A stretch of 64,000 bases of DNA from an uncultured Spirochaetota bacterium. Lineage in GTDB: Bacteria > Spirochaetota > Spirochaetia > SZUA-6 > Fen-1364. Of the stretch, positions 38,771 through 51,109 are shown one piece after another. How positions within the stretch are numbered: the stretch's first letter is position 1; each line of letters starts with the position of its first letter. The notes below the pieces were generated by a model, which ran no database searches, was not told the DNA's origin, and saw only the letters and a program-made list of their open reading frames with translations. The position numbers and the translations under genes are program-made. The stretch covers positions 1,728,001 to 1,792,000 of the forward strand of contig CAWGAA010000001.1 in the NCBI GenBank assembly GCA_963820525.1, in the 5' to 3' direction.

Positions 38771-40024
38771 ATGAACATGAAAATACGAGCGCGACGATTC
38801 CTCATCCCTCTCCTCGCGGCTCTGGGCCTGATCGTCGTCTTTCTGACCGGCGTGGCGGCGGATCGCTACTTCCTTGCGGGACCGGACCCCCAGGACCCCG
38901 CGGCGTCCGTTCCGAACTTCCCCCTGGTTCAGGAAGCGTGGGACATGGTCAACCGCGTCTACGTGGATCGATCCGCCCTGCAGAGCAAGGCCCTCACCTA
39001 CGGCGCCATCAGCGGCATGGTCAATGCCCTCGGCGATACGGGCCACAGCACCTTTCTCACGCCCGAAATGGTGCGGGATGAAAAGTCGTTCATGCAAGGC
39101 GAATACGTCGGGGTTGGCATCCAGATCGAGATGAAGAATGGCCAGGTCGTCATCGTGGCGCCGCTGGACAACTCTCCGGCCGAGAGGGCGGGAGTCAGGC
39201 CCGGAGAGCAAATCGTCAAGGTGAACGGCGAGAGCACGGCAGAGGCGACCATAGACCAGGTCGTGCAGCACATCGTCGGGCCGGCAGGCACCTCGGTGGT
39301 CCTCACCCTCTTCGATCCGCGATCCCAGAGCACGACAGACGTCACCCTCACGCGCGCCCGCATCACCGTCGAAAACGTCTCATGGCAGCCGATCCCCGGT
39401 TTCCCGTACGCGGACATCAGGATCGCCGCGTTCAGCTCCGGTGTGTCGAGAGAGCTTGAAAACGCCCTCCAGCAGATCCAGGCCCAAAAGTATGCCGGTG
39501 CCATCCTGGACCTCAGAAACGATCCCGGCGGCGAGCTCGCGGAAGCCGTTGGCGTGGCAAGCCAGTTCCTGAAGGCAGGGAACGTCCTGTTGGAGAAAGA
39601 CTCAAAAGGAGTGACGCACGCAATCCCCATCCGGCCGGACGGGGCGGCGCTCTCGATCCCCCTCGTCGTGCTCATAAACGGCGGGACGGCAAGCGCGGCT
39701 GAGATAGTAGCGGGGGCCATCCAGGATGCGAAGCGCGCCCCCCTCGTGGGCGAAACGACCTTCGGCACGGGCACCGTGCTTCAGCTCTTCCGGCTTTCTG
39801 ACGGCTCCGAGCTCATGCTTGCCACCCGTGAATGGCTCACGCCGCTGGGCAGGACTATCTGGCACAAGGGAATCGCCCCGGACATCTCGCTCACCCTCCC
39901 CTCGGGGGCGGACCTTGTTACTCCGCAGCTCATGAAGCAGATGACGGAAGCCCAGATGAAGTCCAACGGGGATCTCCAAGTGCTCAAAGCGATCGATCTG
40001 CTCTCCAGACCGGCCGGAAGCTGA
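38771..40024 (+). CDS. S41 carboxyl-terminal protease (CtpA-like, with PDZ)
   Basis: GVGI PDZ, LDLRNDPGG, TASAAEIVAGA, TFGTG. Confidence 0.92.
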   Translation: MNMKIRARRFLIPLLAALGLIVVFLTGVAADRYFLAGPDPQDPAASVPNFPLVQEAWDMVNRVYVDRSALQSKALTYGAISGMVNALGDTGHSTFLTPEMVRDEKSFMQGEYVGVGIQIEMKNGQVVIVAPLDNSPAERAGVRPGEQIVKVNGESTAEATIDQVVQHIVGPAGTSVVLTLFDPRSQSTTDVTLTRARITVENVSWQPIPGFPYADIRIAAFSSGVSRELENALQQIQAQKYAGAILDLRNDPGGELAEAVGVASQFLKAGNVLLEKDSKGVTHAIPIRPDGAALSIPLVVLINGGTASAAEIVAGAIQDAKRAPLVGETTFGTGTVLQLFRLSDGSELMLATREWLTPLGRTIWHKGIAPDISLTLPSGADLVTPQLMKQMTEAQMKSNGDLQVLKAIDLLSRPAGS

Positions 40025-40069
40025 ACCGCAGGGGGCATCCCCCGGCGCCCCTCAGACGACGCCCCTCTC

Positions 40070-40088
40070 GCGCGCCGAAGGCGCGCTA
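40070..40088. repeat. REP-like hairpin GCGCGCC-GAA-GGCGCGC
   Basis: An identical core recurs at 40681-40697. Confidence 0.65.
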
Positions 40089-40111
40089 GATGAGCCGCAG
40101 AAAGCGGCGGC

Positions 40112-40480
40112 TTATTTCAGATGCTGCAGCGAGAGCTCCGTGCGGCCGATGAGGACGATGTCCGAGTGGTTGATCCGCATGTACTTCCAGGGGGGAACCG
40201 ACTGTCCATTGAGGAATGTTCCGTTTGTGCTGCCGAGGTCCTGGATGAAGTACTCCTCCTTCACCTTCTGAATGATCGCGTGCTGGCGGGAGGCGAGGAT
40301 ATCTTCCAGAACGATCGAGTTGTCCTCTCCCCGGCCTATCGAGGTCCTGCTCACGATGGGGAGGCGCTTTCCCTGGAAAACAATGTACATCGTCCCCGGC
40401 TTGTGTACCTTTGAGAGGCGTTTGCCGACCGTGCTCTCGTAGTGAATCGTCCTGTTTGGATCATCCGTCTCGATCGACAT
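40112..40480 (-). CDS. Small stand-alone FHA protein
   Basis: Canonical IGR, SRQHA and DLGSTNGT; RBS GAGGAGG. Confidence 0.9.
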   Translation of the reverse strand: MSIETDDPNRTIHYESTVGKRLSKVHKPGTMYIVFQGKRLPIVSRTSIGRGEDNSIVLEDILASRQHAIIQKVKEEYFIQDLGSTNGTFLNGQSVPPWKYMRINHSDIVLIGRTELSLQHLK

Positions 40481-40578
40481 GCAGCCTCCTCGCGCGGCTT
40501 CCGCCCGCTCCTGCCTGTGCGCGAAAGCCGTCCCCCGGACACGTGACCCCAGTATAGCCGCGCCTGAGGCTGTTTTCA

Positions 40579-40740
40579 ACTCAGCGGCGGCTCAACCGCG
40601 CGAAGCGCCCCGGAACGCCACTCAGCGGCGGCTCAACCGCGCGAAGCGCCCCGGAACGCCACTCAGCGGCGGCTCAACTAGCGCGCCGAAGGCGCGCTAA
40701 AGGGGCCCCGGCGCGGCAGCGGTTTGCGAAGCAAACTGCG
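40579..40740. repeat. 41-bp tandem repeat (about 2.4 copies) followed by two GAA-loop hairpins
   Basis: ACTCAGCGGCGGCTCAACCGCGCGAAGCGCCCCGGAACGCC at 40579 and 40620, partial at 40661; TAGCGCGCCGAAGGCGCGCTA; GCGGTTTGCGAAGCAAACTGC. Confidence 0.85.
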
Positions 40741-40777
40741 GGAGCGCTGGGGATCGTCTTGCGCCCCGGACCGCCGC

Positions 40778-42891
40778 TCACTCCGCCGCTGCTTTCTCCC
40801 TGTCGCCCATTGAGAAGCGAGCTGCGGCCCGGGCAACCTCCTCGATCATGTCCTTGGTGGAAACGGCCAGGTCGAGCACGTTCCCTACCGCCTTGGTGAT
40901 CTCCCCGGTGCCGGAGGCGATCTCGCCGACATTGCCGCGCACGGCGCTGTTCACGTCCGCCAGGCGCGCGATGGAGGAGAGAATCTGCCCACTTCCCTCC
41001 TTCATCTGGATGGAGCCGTCCTGCACCTGAACCGTGACATCATTGATGTTCTTCAGGCCGTCGAGAACCTGGCGGCTTCCTTCGTTCTGCTCGGCCATGG
41101 CGCGTTCGATCTGGCGCACGATGTCTCCGACCTTTTCAACCTTTTCGAATACGATTCCGAATGCCTCTCCCGTTTCCTGGGACGTCTTGGCCACCTCGTC
41201 GATGCTCGTCTTGATGCCGCTCAAGCGCTTGGCGATCTCCCGGGATTGGCGCGATGCCTGCTCGGCGAGATGCCGGATCTCCTCCGCCACCACGGCGAAC
41301 CCCTTCCCCCATCTCCCGGCGTGCGCCGCTTCTATCGATGCGTTCATGGCGAGGAGGTTCGTGTTGGCGGCGATCCCGGCGATGAGCTTGGCGGCCGCCA
41401 TGAGGTCCGCTGACTGCCGTGCTATCTGGTCAATGGCCGCGATCACCGTCGTGAGTTTCTTCTTCCCTTCCCCGGAAACGTCCAGGAGCTCGCCGGTGAA
41501 GGCATGCGCCTGCTCCGCGCTCGAGCTCACCGAGCCGATGTTGGAGACCATCTGCTCGATCGCGGCCGACGACTCGGTGACGGCGATCGCCTGCCCGTCG
41601 ATCATTGCGCCGAGTCCCTCCACCGTGAGGGAGACCCTCTCGGCCGTCTGGGAGGTTCGCTCCACGGCGGCGGATTGTTCGGCGATCTGATTCTCCGTGG
41701 AGGCGATGCTCGCGTTGATCTGGTTTACCGCGGCGGCCGTCTGCTCCATGTCCGTGGTCAGCGAGAGCCCGGTCTGCTTCAAGCTCTCCATCCGCTCATT
41801 CAGGGTATCGATCACGGCTCTGAAACCGGCCAGAAGGGCGTTGAGCGAAGCCGCCGCCATGCCGATCTCGTCGCGGGAGCGCACGACGGCGCGCGCGGAG
41901 AGGTCCCCCCGATCGCCTTCTGGAGAGCGGCCGAAAGCAGCCCAATGCGGCGCGTCACGAAAAGCCGCACCAGGAGCATGAGAAGGCCGATGAGGAGCAG
42001 CAGACAGGCCGCCCCGCTTCCCGCGATGATCAGCATGAGCGCGCGGGAGAAGCCGGTCGTTTCACCTTGCGGCATCGTGACGCTCAGGTACCACGGCATG
42101 CTTTGCAGGCGCACCCATCGGGCGGAAAAGAGCGCTCCGTCGCGGCTGAACTCGGCGGATCCGCCCGCATCGGAAGAGGCGGTGATGCGCTCCGCGAGGG
42201 CGGCGGGAACCGCGTGCGTCATGATCAGGCTCTCATCGGGGCTGGCAATGATGGTGGAGGTTTCGTCCATTATCGCAAAAGTCCCGATGCTTTCAAACCC
42301 GCGGTCCTTGAACAGCGCGCGGGAGAAGCCCGTTATGTCGAGGGAGGCGACGAGGAGCCCGCGAAAAGCCGCCCCCGAGCGGATCGGCGCGGCGATCATC
42401 AAGGCAGGCTTCTTGGCGGAGAACGACCGTGTGGGATACGGAGTGACGAAATACGGGAGGTCCTTTCCCACGAAGGCCTTCCACACACCGAGGCCTGCGA
42501 TGCTGGTGCCGGGAAGATTTCCCTTGTCCGCAGCCACGATCGTGCCGCTCGCATCCGTCAGGAAGACCTCCTGCAGGATTCCCCTGTCCTCCTGCTGCCC
42601 CGAGGGAAGCAGCCCCTGGATGCTGACAGCATCGCTCCCGGAGGTCTTTTCCGTGGAAATCCTTGCGGCATTGAAACGGAGCAGAATCGCGTAATCGTGG
42701 AACCAGAGGTCGATATATCTTTCAAGCGTCGCCAGCTCGTGCAGGGAAGCGTTTTCACGGGCACGGTGGACCTCCCCGCTCACTCGAGAGGAGCTGAAAA
42801 AGGTCAGCGCGGCGAAGGTCGCGGCCACGAGCAGGAAGACGCCGATCGAGATCCTGGCCGAAAGGCCCAATCCTTTCCTGAAGGTTTCCAT
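40778..42891 (-). pseudogene. Methyl-accepting chemotaxis protein (Cache-HAMP-MCP) with a frameshift near 41905
   Basis: [16 protein letters not shown]...[10 protein letters not shown]; adding one base to the G6 run restores [20 protein letters not shown]. Confidence 0.85.
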
Positions 42892-43086
42892 GACCCATCC
42901 TCCAAAGCCGGAGCTAACGCTAGAGTCGCGTAGGCCAGACGCGATGTCAAGCAAAGGGGTTTTTCACAGGCCGCCGTGCGGCGGCATGAAATCTCACCGC
43001 GGTCGCCCGGCGCGGCGGCTATCGGGGACCCCCGCTGCGCGCCGGCGACTATCGGGAGGCCTCCGCCGCGGCGGCGCGGCGGCGCT

Positions 43087-43467
43087 TCAGCTGCGAGGCC
43101 CGAGCGAGGTCACGAGCACCGTAACCCCGGCGATGATGATGAACAGGGGCCACACCTTCCCCCAATCGAGGTTGAACAGGAAGATGGCCGTGACCAAAAG
43201 AAGGATGATCCCGCCCATCAGGGGGCCGCGCGCGGCAACCGTGAGCCGCCTGCCGCTTCGCTCGTAGATGGCGTACGCGGAGGCAAGGGCTCCGAAGGAA
43301 GGGATAAGGATGAAAAGGGCCCACCAGTTGTTGAGCTCGAAGCCCATAACGTTTCGCAGGATGAAAATAACTCCGAGCAGGATCAGCGCGCCCCCGATCA
43401 CCCAGGCTGAGTAGCGCGAGGCCGGCGGCTTGTTTCCGCGATCATCGTCCGACGGTGGCTGGCTCAT
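43087..43467 (-). CDS. Small membrane protein (LiaF/DUF5668-like repeats)
   Basis: GGALILLGVIFIL...NWWALFILIP and WGKVWPLFIIIAG. Confidence 0.75.
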   Translation of the reverse strand: MSQPPSDDDRGNKPPASRYSAWVIGGALILLGVIFILRNVMGFELNNWWALFILIPSFGALASAYAIYERSGRRLTVAARGPLMGGIILLLVTAIFLFNLDWGKVWPLFIIIAGVTVLVTSLGPRS

Positions 43468-43491
43468 GTGTCTACACCTCCATTCATGCCT

Positions 43492-44241
43492 TCAGTAGAG
43501 AAAAGGGATCACCCGCTTCCTCTCAGCCGGGTAGTCCGGGAAATGGCAGCGGTACCAGTTTCTGTGGGCGTGAGCCCGGGGGATGAGATTGGCCGCTGTG
43601 AACAGGGCGAAGGCCAGCCCGGCGAGGGACCACGCCGCAAGGGCCCACCCCGTCCACTGCGCGATCTCTCCAAAGTAGTTCGGGCAGGCGATCTTTTCGA
43701 AGAGGCTCCCTCGGGGGATGCGATATCCCGTCTCTCCGGGGGCTCGCAGGCCGCGAAGCACCGCGTCGGCCCACGTGTGGATGACGAACCCCGCCACGAA
43801 CAAGGCCAGGCCGGCGCAGAAGCGGAGATCCGGGAGAAGGCCGGCGTGAGCCAGGGGAAGCATGTCGGCGAGTGATGTTCCGTTTGCGTAGCCGTTCATG
43901 CTGTTGAAGATCACCGCGATGACGATGAGGAGAACGGGGAATCTCTTGCCCCTCTCGCGGATGAGAAAAGGGAAGATCAGGGTTCGATATACGTAGTGAA
44001 GCTCCCAGAAGAGCAGGAGCAGCAGAGCGGGAAAAGCGAGCCTCCGGCCCATGGAGAGGGCCGTCACGCCGATCACGGCAAGGGCGGGCAGCTCCATGAG
44101 GATCCATCCCGCGCGCGCACCCACGGAGGGGCCCCATCCCTCAGCGGAGTATCTGCCGTAGGGAGCCGGGAGAATGAGGAGGGCGGCGAACATCGCGGGC
44201 GTCGAGACAAAAAGGATGAGAAGTGAAACCGTTTGGAGCAT
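43492..44241 (-). CDS. Steroid 5-alpha-reductase family membrane protein
   Basis: APYGRY, WILMELP, HYVYRT, PNYFGEI, NLIPRA..H. Confidence 0.88.
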   Translation of the reverse strand: MLQTVSLLILFVSTPAMFAALLILPAPYGRYSAEGWGPSVGARAGWILMELPALAVIGVTALSMGRRLAFPALLLLLFWELHYVYRTLIFPFLIRERGKRFPVLLIVIAVIFNSMNGYANGTSLADMLPLAHAGLLPDLRFCAGLALFVAGFVIHTWADAVLRGLRAPGETGYRIPRGSLFEKIACPNYFGEIAQWTGWALAAWSLAGLAFALFTAANLIPRAHAHRNWYRCHFPDYPAERKRVIPFLY

Positions 44242-44434
44242 GGTGCTGCGACCGTCCAGCGTGCCCGACGGCCGCATCGACTCTATCCGATCACCGCCCG
44301 GGGCGCAAGATGCGCGGCTGGTAGGGCGAACCGATCATGGTATACATTGCGGGCGTGGAGAAGATCGTGCTCGTCTCCCTGGTGAGAATCCCGGCGGAGG
44401 CAGCCGGCTGACACCGCGGCGCAAGGAGAACGTC

Positions 44435-45535
44435 ATGAGAAAGCTCGCGGCTTCGATCCTTTTCGCATTTCTCGCGGCAGCGGCTCTCGGCGCTGAATCA
44501 CCCGACGCGCCGGCTTCCTTCACCCGTTACACGATGTCGGCCGCGGGGATCGAATACCCCGATGGCTGGCAGGTGTCCGGTATGGAAGGCGGAGGACTCG
44601 CCGTCGCCTTCTTCGCACCGGACAAGGGCCTGGAGGATCCGTTCGACAGCACGGATATCGAAGGCCTTCTCGACAGGGGCAGTGCGTTCGCCCTCTTCTT
44701 GATCGCGACCCCGCAGATGGCGGATACGTTGAGCATCGGCACGGGAGAGATCGAATCCATCATCGACAGCGCCGTCAATCGTCTCGGCCCCGAAGGGGAA
44801 GCCGTGCGGATCGAGGACACGTCCCTCGGCGGGCTCGCGGGCAAGCTCAAGACGGGGCGCTGGGGGGGAGAGGAAGCCGCCACTGCCTCAGTAGCGGCGG
44901 CAAAGACCGGCCAGGGATCGATTGTCCTGTTCGTCTGCCTTTCCACGGACGCGGAGGGAGAGCGTTTCGATGAAGCGTTTAGCCGCATGCGCCAATCCAT
45001 CACGATCGGCGGTACGGCTCTCCCCAAGGCGGGAGGCGGGCCGGGGTACGGCAGACTGAGGAACGCGACCCTCCTGATAGACTACCCCGGGGATTGGCAC
45101 CCTGTCTGGCTCGAGACGCCCGAGCTGAAAGTGGCGCTTTTCACCTCGATGGAGCTCGACTTCGCCTCCCTTGAAGAGATGGATTTTCCGCCGGCGGATT
45201 TCCGACAGACAATGGCAGTGGTGGTCATGGCATCGGGTGAAACGGGCGCTGATGTCGGAGGGATGCTTGCCTCAGGAATGGAGGAGATGCTGGATTCCCT
45301 GGGATCGGACCCGAAGGCCGTCGAGCGCGGCCCCATCAACCTTGCCGGAACTGCAGGCACCTGGCTGTCCGCGACCGTCACAAGCTCAACAGACCAGAGG
45401 ATCGGCGCGTATATCGCGGGCATCTCAGACGCGAAGAAGGGCGCCGTCATTTTCCTTGGGCTGTCGCCGGTCCAGGACTTCACCAAGGCAAAGAGGCAGT
45501 TCGAGACGATGATCAAGAGCTTCACGCTTCAATAA
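44435..45535 (+). CDS. Secreted protein with two tandem PsbP/DcrB-like domains
   Basis: Signal peptide; IEYPDGW...F..MRQSITI and IDYPGDW...FETMIKSFTL. Confidence 0.65.
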   Translation: MRKLAASILFAFLAAAALGAESPDAPASFTRYTMSAAGIEYPDGWQVSGMEGGGLAVAFFAPDKGLEDPFDSTDIEGLLDRGSAFALFLIATPQMADTLSIGTGEIESIIDSAVNRLGPEGEAVRIEDTSLGGLAGKLKTGRWGGEEAATASVAAAKTGQGSIVLFVCLSTDAEGERFDEAFSRMRQSITIGGTALPKAGGGPGYGRLRNATLLIDYPGDWHPVWLETPELKVALFTSMELDFASLEEMDFPPADFRQTMAVVVMASGETGADVGGMLASGMEEMLDSLGSDPKAVERGPINLAGTAGTWLSATVTSSTDQRIGAYIAGISDAKKGAVIFLGLSPVQDFTKAKRQFETMIKSFTLQ

Positions 45536-45629
45536 AGAGAAGGGACAATCACTTCTAATGGCGGCCGGAAACGCGGCGTGCGCTCACCGGATCCGCGCGC
45601 CGGCCGCTCGATAATGGGAAATCAGGGCG

Positions 45630-46067
45630 TCAATACGATTTCTGCGGTGCCGCCTTGAAGGATGGGTTGACCATGACGCCTTTGACCATCACGGGGACAT
45701 CGGGCCCGGGGAACTCGTAGACCCCCACCTTTCCCGCGTCCGTGTGGAGCATCGCATAGAAAACCGGCGTCGCTTTGTCCGCGTCGATGGCCACCGTCAC
45801 GTCGGAGTTGTTCCCCTCGTGCACGGCGCTGTACCCGATGACGGGTCCGGGCGCACCGTTCGCCTGAATATGGATGACGATCCAGCCGGGGCTGTCGCTC
45901 ACCACCTTGGCGATCAGAACCCTCGAATCATCGATGGCCTGGTCCGCCACGCTTACCGTTGGGATGAACTTCATGGCCTGCGCGCCGGCGGCGAGAGCGG
46001 GAATGAAGAGGAGAATCGCGAACAACGAAACAATGTATCCCGTGAAGGATGCTGCTCTGTCACGCAC
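45630..46067 (-). CDS. Secreted DUF7282-like protein
   Basis: VSVADQ...GWIVIH...PGPVIG...YAMLHTD...YEFPGPDVP. Confidence 0.7.
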   Translation of the reverse strand: MRDRAASFTGYIVSLFAILLFIPALAAGAQAMKFIPTVSVADQAIDDSRVLIAKVVSDSPGWIVIHIQANGAPGPVIGYSAVHEGNNSDVTVAIDADKATPVFYAMLHTDAGKVGVYEFPGPDVPVMVKGVMVNPSFKAAPQKSY

Positions 46068-46126
46068 TTTGAGCCTCCTTGCCGTTTGATCTCCGGCGCC
46101 GCTCTTCGGCGGCGCTTGTACAGGGA

Positions 46127-46155
46127 TATACGGACGGGACAGACGCTTGGATCTC
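46127..46155 (-). promoter_or_regulatory. Putative ECF (SigK-type) promoter
   Basis: GATCC-16 nt-CGTATA, matching the site upstream of the sigma gene. Confidence 0.6.
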
Positions 46156-46158
46156 CCC

Positions 46159-46911
46159 TTACAGGGTGCCGTTCAGCACGCTGAGCCCGGTCGGGGCTGG
46201 GCTCCCTCCCGCGGGCTCGACGGTGACCGCGTATGCGCGGCATTCGGAGAGCGGATACGGGGCGGAGACGCTGAATGCGGCCGCGCCGGCATCGTCAACG
46301 CTGAAGACCCCGCCGTTGATCCGCTCGTCATCCTTGTACATCCACAGCTGGTATTCGCGGCCGGGGGGCAGAGGCGCGAGCCGTGAAACGACAAATACCC
46401 CGGTGGTCTTGCGGCCGGAGAAGAATACGGTTGCGTTGGCAGAGGGGGCTGAAGCGGTCCCTCTCAGGCTCACCGCCACGGAGCTCTCGCCCCGGAACGC
46501 CGGAAATCCGATCCGCCGCAGAAGCACGACATCCAGCGCACCCAAAACCGCGATCAGAAGGAGGCAGGCGGCCAGAGCGGCGGGAGCGATGGAAGGGGAA
46601 ACGAGGAACTTCCCGGTCAGGCGCAGGAAGAACCTCAGGGACCTCGGCGGCGCCTCGAGGCGTTTGCTCCGCGTCATCTCGGCGCGGTATGTGGCGAGCA
46701 GGCGGAACTCGAAATCGGGCGGAGGAGAGAGAGGCGGGGCGGCGTAGCCAATGCGCGCCGTGACGACGTCCCAGCGGGCAAGCTCCGATCTGCACTGAGG
46801 GCATCCGCGAAGGTGGGCCGAAACATGGCGCGCCTCCCGGGGGTCCAGGCAGCCGAGGGAATACGCTTCCAGGAGGTCATTCACATGCCGCGTTTCACGC
46901 ATCTGATCCAC
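46159..46911 (-). CDS. Anti-sigma factor (zinc finger + RskA domain)
   Basis: HLRGCPQC, TM, YQLW, AVTVEPAGGSPAPTG. Confidence 0.9.
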   Translation of the reverse strand: MDQMRETRHVNDLLEAYSLGCLDPREARHVSAHLRGCPQCRSELARWDVVTARIGYAAPPLSPPPDFEFRLLATYRAEMTRSKRLEAPPRSLRFFLRLTGKFLVSPSIAPAALAACLLLIAVLGALDVVLLRRIGFPAFRGESSVAVSLRGTASAPSANATVFFSGRKTTGVFVVSRLAPLPPGREYQLWMYKDDERINGGVFSVDDAGAAAFSVSAPYPLSECRAYAVTVEPAGGSPAPTGLSVLNGTL

Positions 46912-47533
46912 CCCATCTCGCGGAGGACAGATCCGCGTCCGCCAGAAGGTCGCGCAGCTTCTGCATCCCCAGCCGGATCCTGGTCTTCACCGTGCCGATC
47001 GGTAGTCCAAGAGCCTGGGAGATCCGGGAATGGGTATAACCCTGGAGAAAGGCGAGCGCAATCGCTTCACGCTGTTCCGCCGGCAAAAGGAAGATGGCCT
47101 GACGCACCCTCCCTCGCAGCTCTGCGCCGGCCACCTCGGCCTCCGGGTCCTCCCGAGCATCGGCGATATCAAAGGCGCAATCGGCGTCCCAGTCCAGAGT
47201 CAAGGGCTGCAGCCGCACTCTGCGCCTTCGGATTTCATCTATCGCGCGGTTTCGGGCGATCCTCATGATCCACGTCTCCACGGAAGCCTTCTCCGGCTTG
47301 TACTGCCCGGCGTTTCTCCAGACGCGGGCGAAAACATCCTGGGTGATCTCCTCGGAGGCGCCCTGGTCCTTTGTCACCTGGAACGCAAGGCTGTAGACAT
47401 GCCGCCCATACCTGCCGTACAGGACGGAAAGCGCGGCTTCGTCTCCCGCCGCGAGCCTCTCGATGAGCCTGGAGTCCTCCGCGGCCGCTTTGTTCATACG
47501 GCTTCGAAGCCCGGCCGCGGCTGCCTCACCCAT
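46895..47533 (-). CDS. ECF RNA polymerase sigma factor (SigK-like)
   Basis: EEITQDVF, WIMRIARNRAID, PIGTVKTRIRLG. Confidence 0.92.
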   Translation of the reverse strand: MGEAAAAGLRSRMNKAAAEDSRLIERLAAGDEAALSVLYGRYGRHVYSLAFQVTKDQGASEEITQDVFARVWRNAGQYKPEKASVETWIMRIARNRAIDEIRRRRVRLQPLTLDWDADCAFDIADAREDPEAEVAGAELRGRVRQAIFLLPAEQREAIALAFLQGYTHSRISQALGLPIGTVKTRIRLGMQKLRDLLADADLSSARWGGSDA

Positions 47534-47540
47534 AGTTCAC

Positions 47541-47568
47541 TATACGCGCGCGATGGCAGCCTGGATTC
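47541..47568 (-). promoter_or_regulatory. Putative autoregulatory ECF promoter
   Basis: GAATCC-16 nt-CGTATA. Confidence 0.6.
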
Positions 47569-47665
47569 ACCCTGCACGAAAAAGCCTCCGCCTCCTCGCC
47601 TCGATCGGGAGAGCACAGTATTTCAATGCTGCACTTAATATAGCGTCAGGGAGGCCCGGCGTGCA

Positions 47666-50253
<2,588 letters not shown>

Positions 50254-50256
50254 GCG

Positions 50257-51108
50257 TCAGCCCTTGATTCCGCCAGAGGTGAGGCCGGAGATGAAGTATT
50301 TCTGGAAGAAGAAAAAGACGATGATGATCGGAACGGAGGCCACGCAGGACCCCGCGATGAGCATGTCGTAGTTGTTGCCGTAGGGGGTCAGCAGGCTGTT
50401 CAGTCCGATCGTGAGCGTGAACATGTTTCCCGTGCGTACCACGATCAGGGGCCAGAGGAAGTTGTTCCAGCTCTGCTGCGCGACAAGAATCGCCATGGCC
50501 CCATACGCGGGGGTCATCAGGGGCGCCGAAATCCGGAAGAATATCGAATACTCATTCAGGCCGTCGATCCGTCCCGCGTCGAGGTAATCCAACGGAATAC
50601 CCACGGCGTACTGCCGGAAAAAAAATATGGCGAACGGAGAGACGATGAACGGCAGCAGCACCCCGGGAAACGTGTTCATCGTATGCAGCGTCGTCATGAG
50701 CTTGTACAGGGGAAGAATGAGAATCTGCAGGGGAACGATCATGATGAAAAGCACGAGGAGCGTCAGCGTGTTCCTCCCCTTGAACCGGTATACTCCCAGG
50801 CCGTATCCCACGAACGAGGAAAACACAAGGGTGAGCACGGTCTGCGAGACTGCAAGGAGGAGGCTGTTCCTGTACCACACCGGGTACGCCCCGCTGTGCC
50901 CCGTCAGGAGCGCGGCATAATTGTTGGCATTGAATACGTTGGGAATCAGGCTGGTAAACGCGATGCCGTAGCGCATCAGATCACGGCCGGGTCTGAAGGA
51001 CGCGAGGATGAGGGAATAGATGGGGAAGAGAAAGAGCAGCCCCAGGATCCCCAGCAGGGCGTATTTCGCCATCTCTAATGTGCGGTCGCGTGCCGTGAAG
51101 GCTGCCAT
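50257..51108 (-). CDS. Carbohydrate ABC permease (AraQ-like)
   Basis: LDAGRIDG EAA loop, WNNFLWP. Confidence 0.9.
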   Translation of the reverse strand: MAAFTARDRTLEMAKYALLGILGLLFLFPIYSLILASFRPGRDLMRYGIAFTSLIPNVFNANNYAALLTGHSGAYPVWYRNSLLLAVSQTVLTLVFSSFVGYGLGVYRFKGRNTLTLLVLFIMIVPLQILILPLYKLMTTLHTMNTFPGVLLPFIVSPFAIFFFRQYAVGIPLDYLDAGRIDGLNEYSIFFRISAPLMTPAYGAMAILVAQQSWNNFLWPLIVVRTGNMFTLTIGLNSLLTPYGNNYDMLIAGSCVASVPIIIVFFFFQKYFISGLTSGGIKG

Positions 51109-51109
51109 C

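Noticed and set aside
40579..40680. Possible CRISPR array
   Set aside because: Head-to-tail identical 41-bp units with no unique spacers, and no cas genes in the window.
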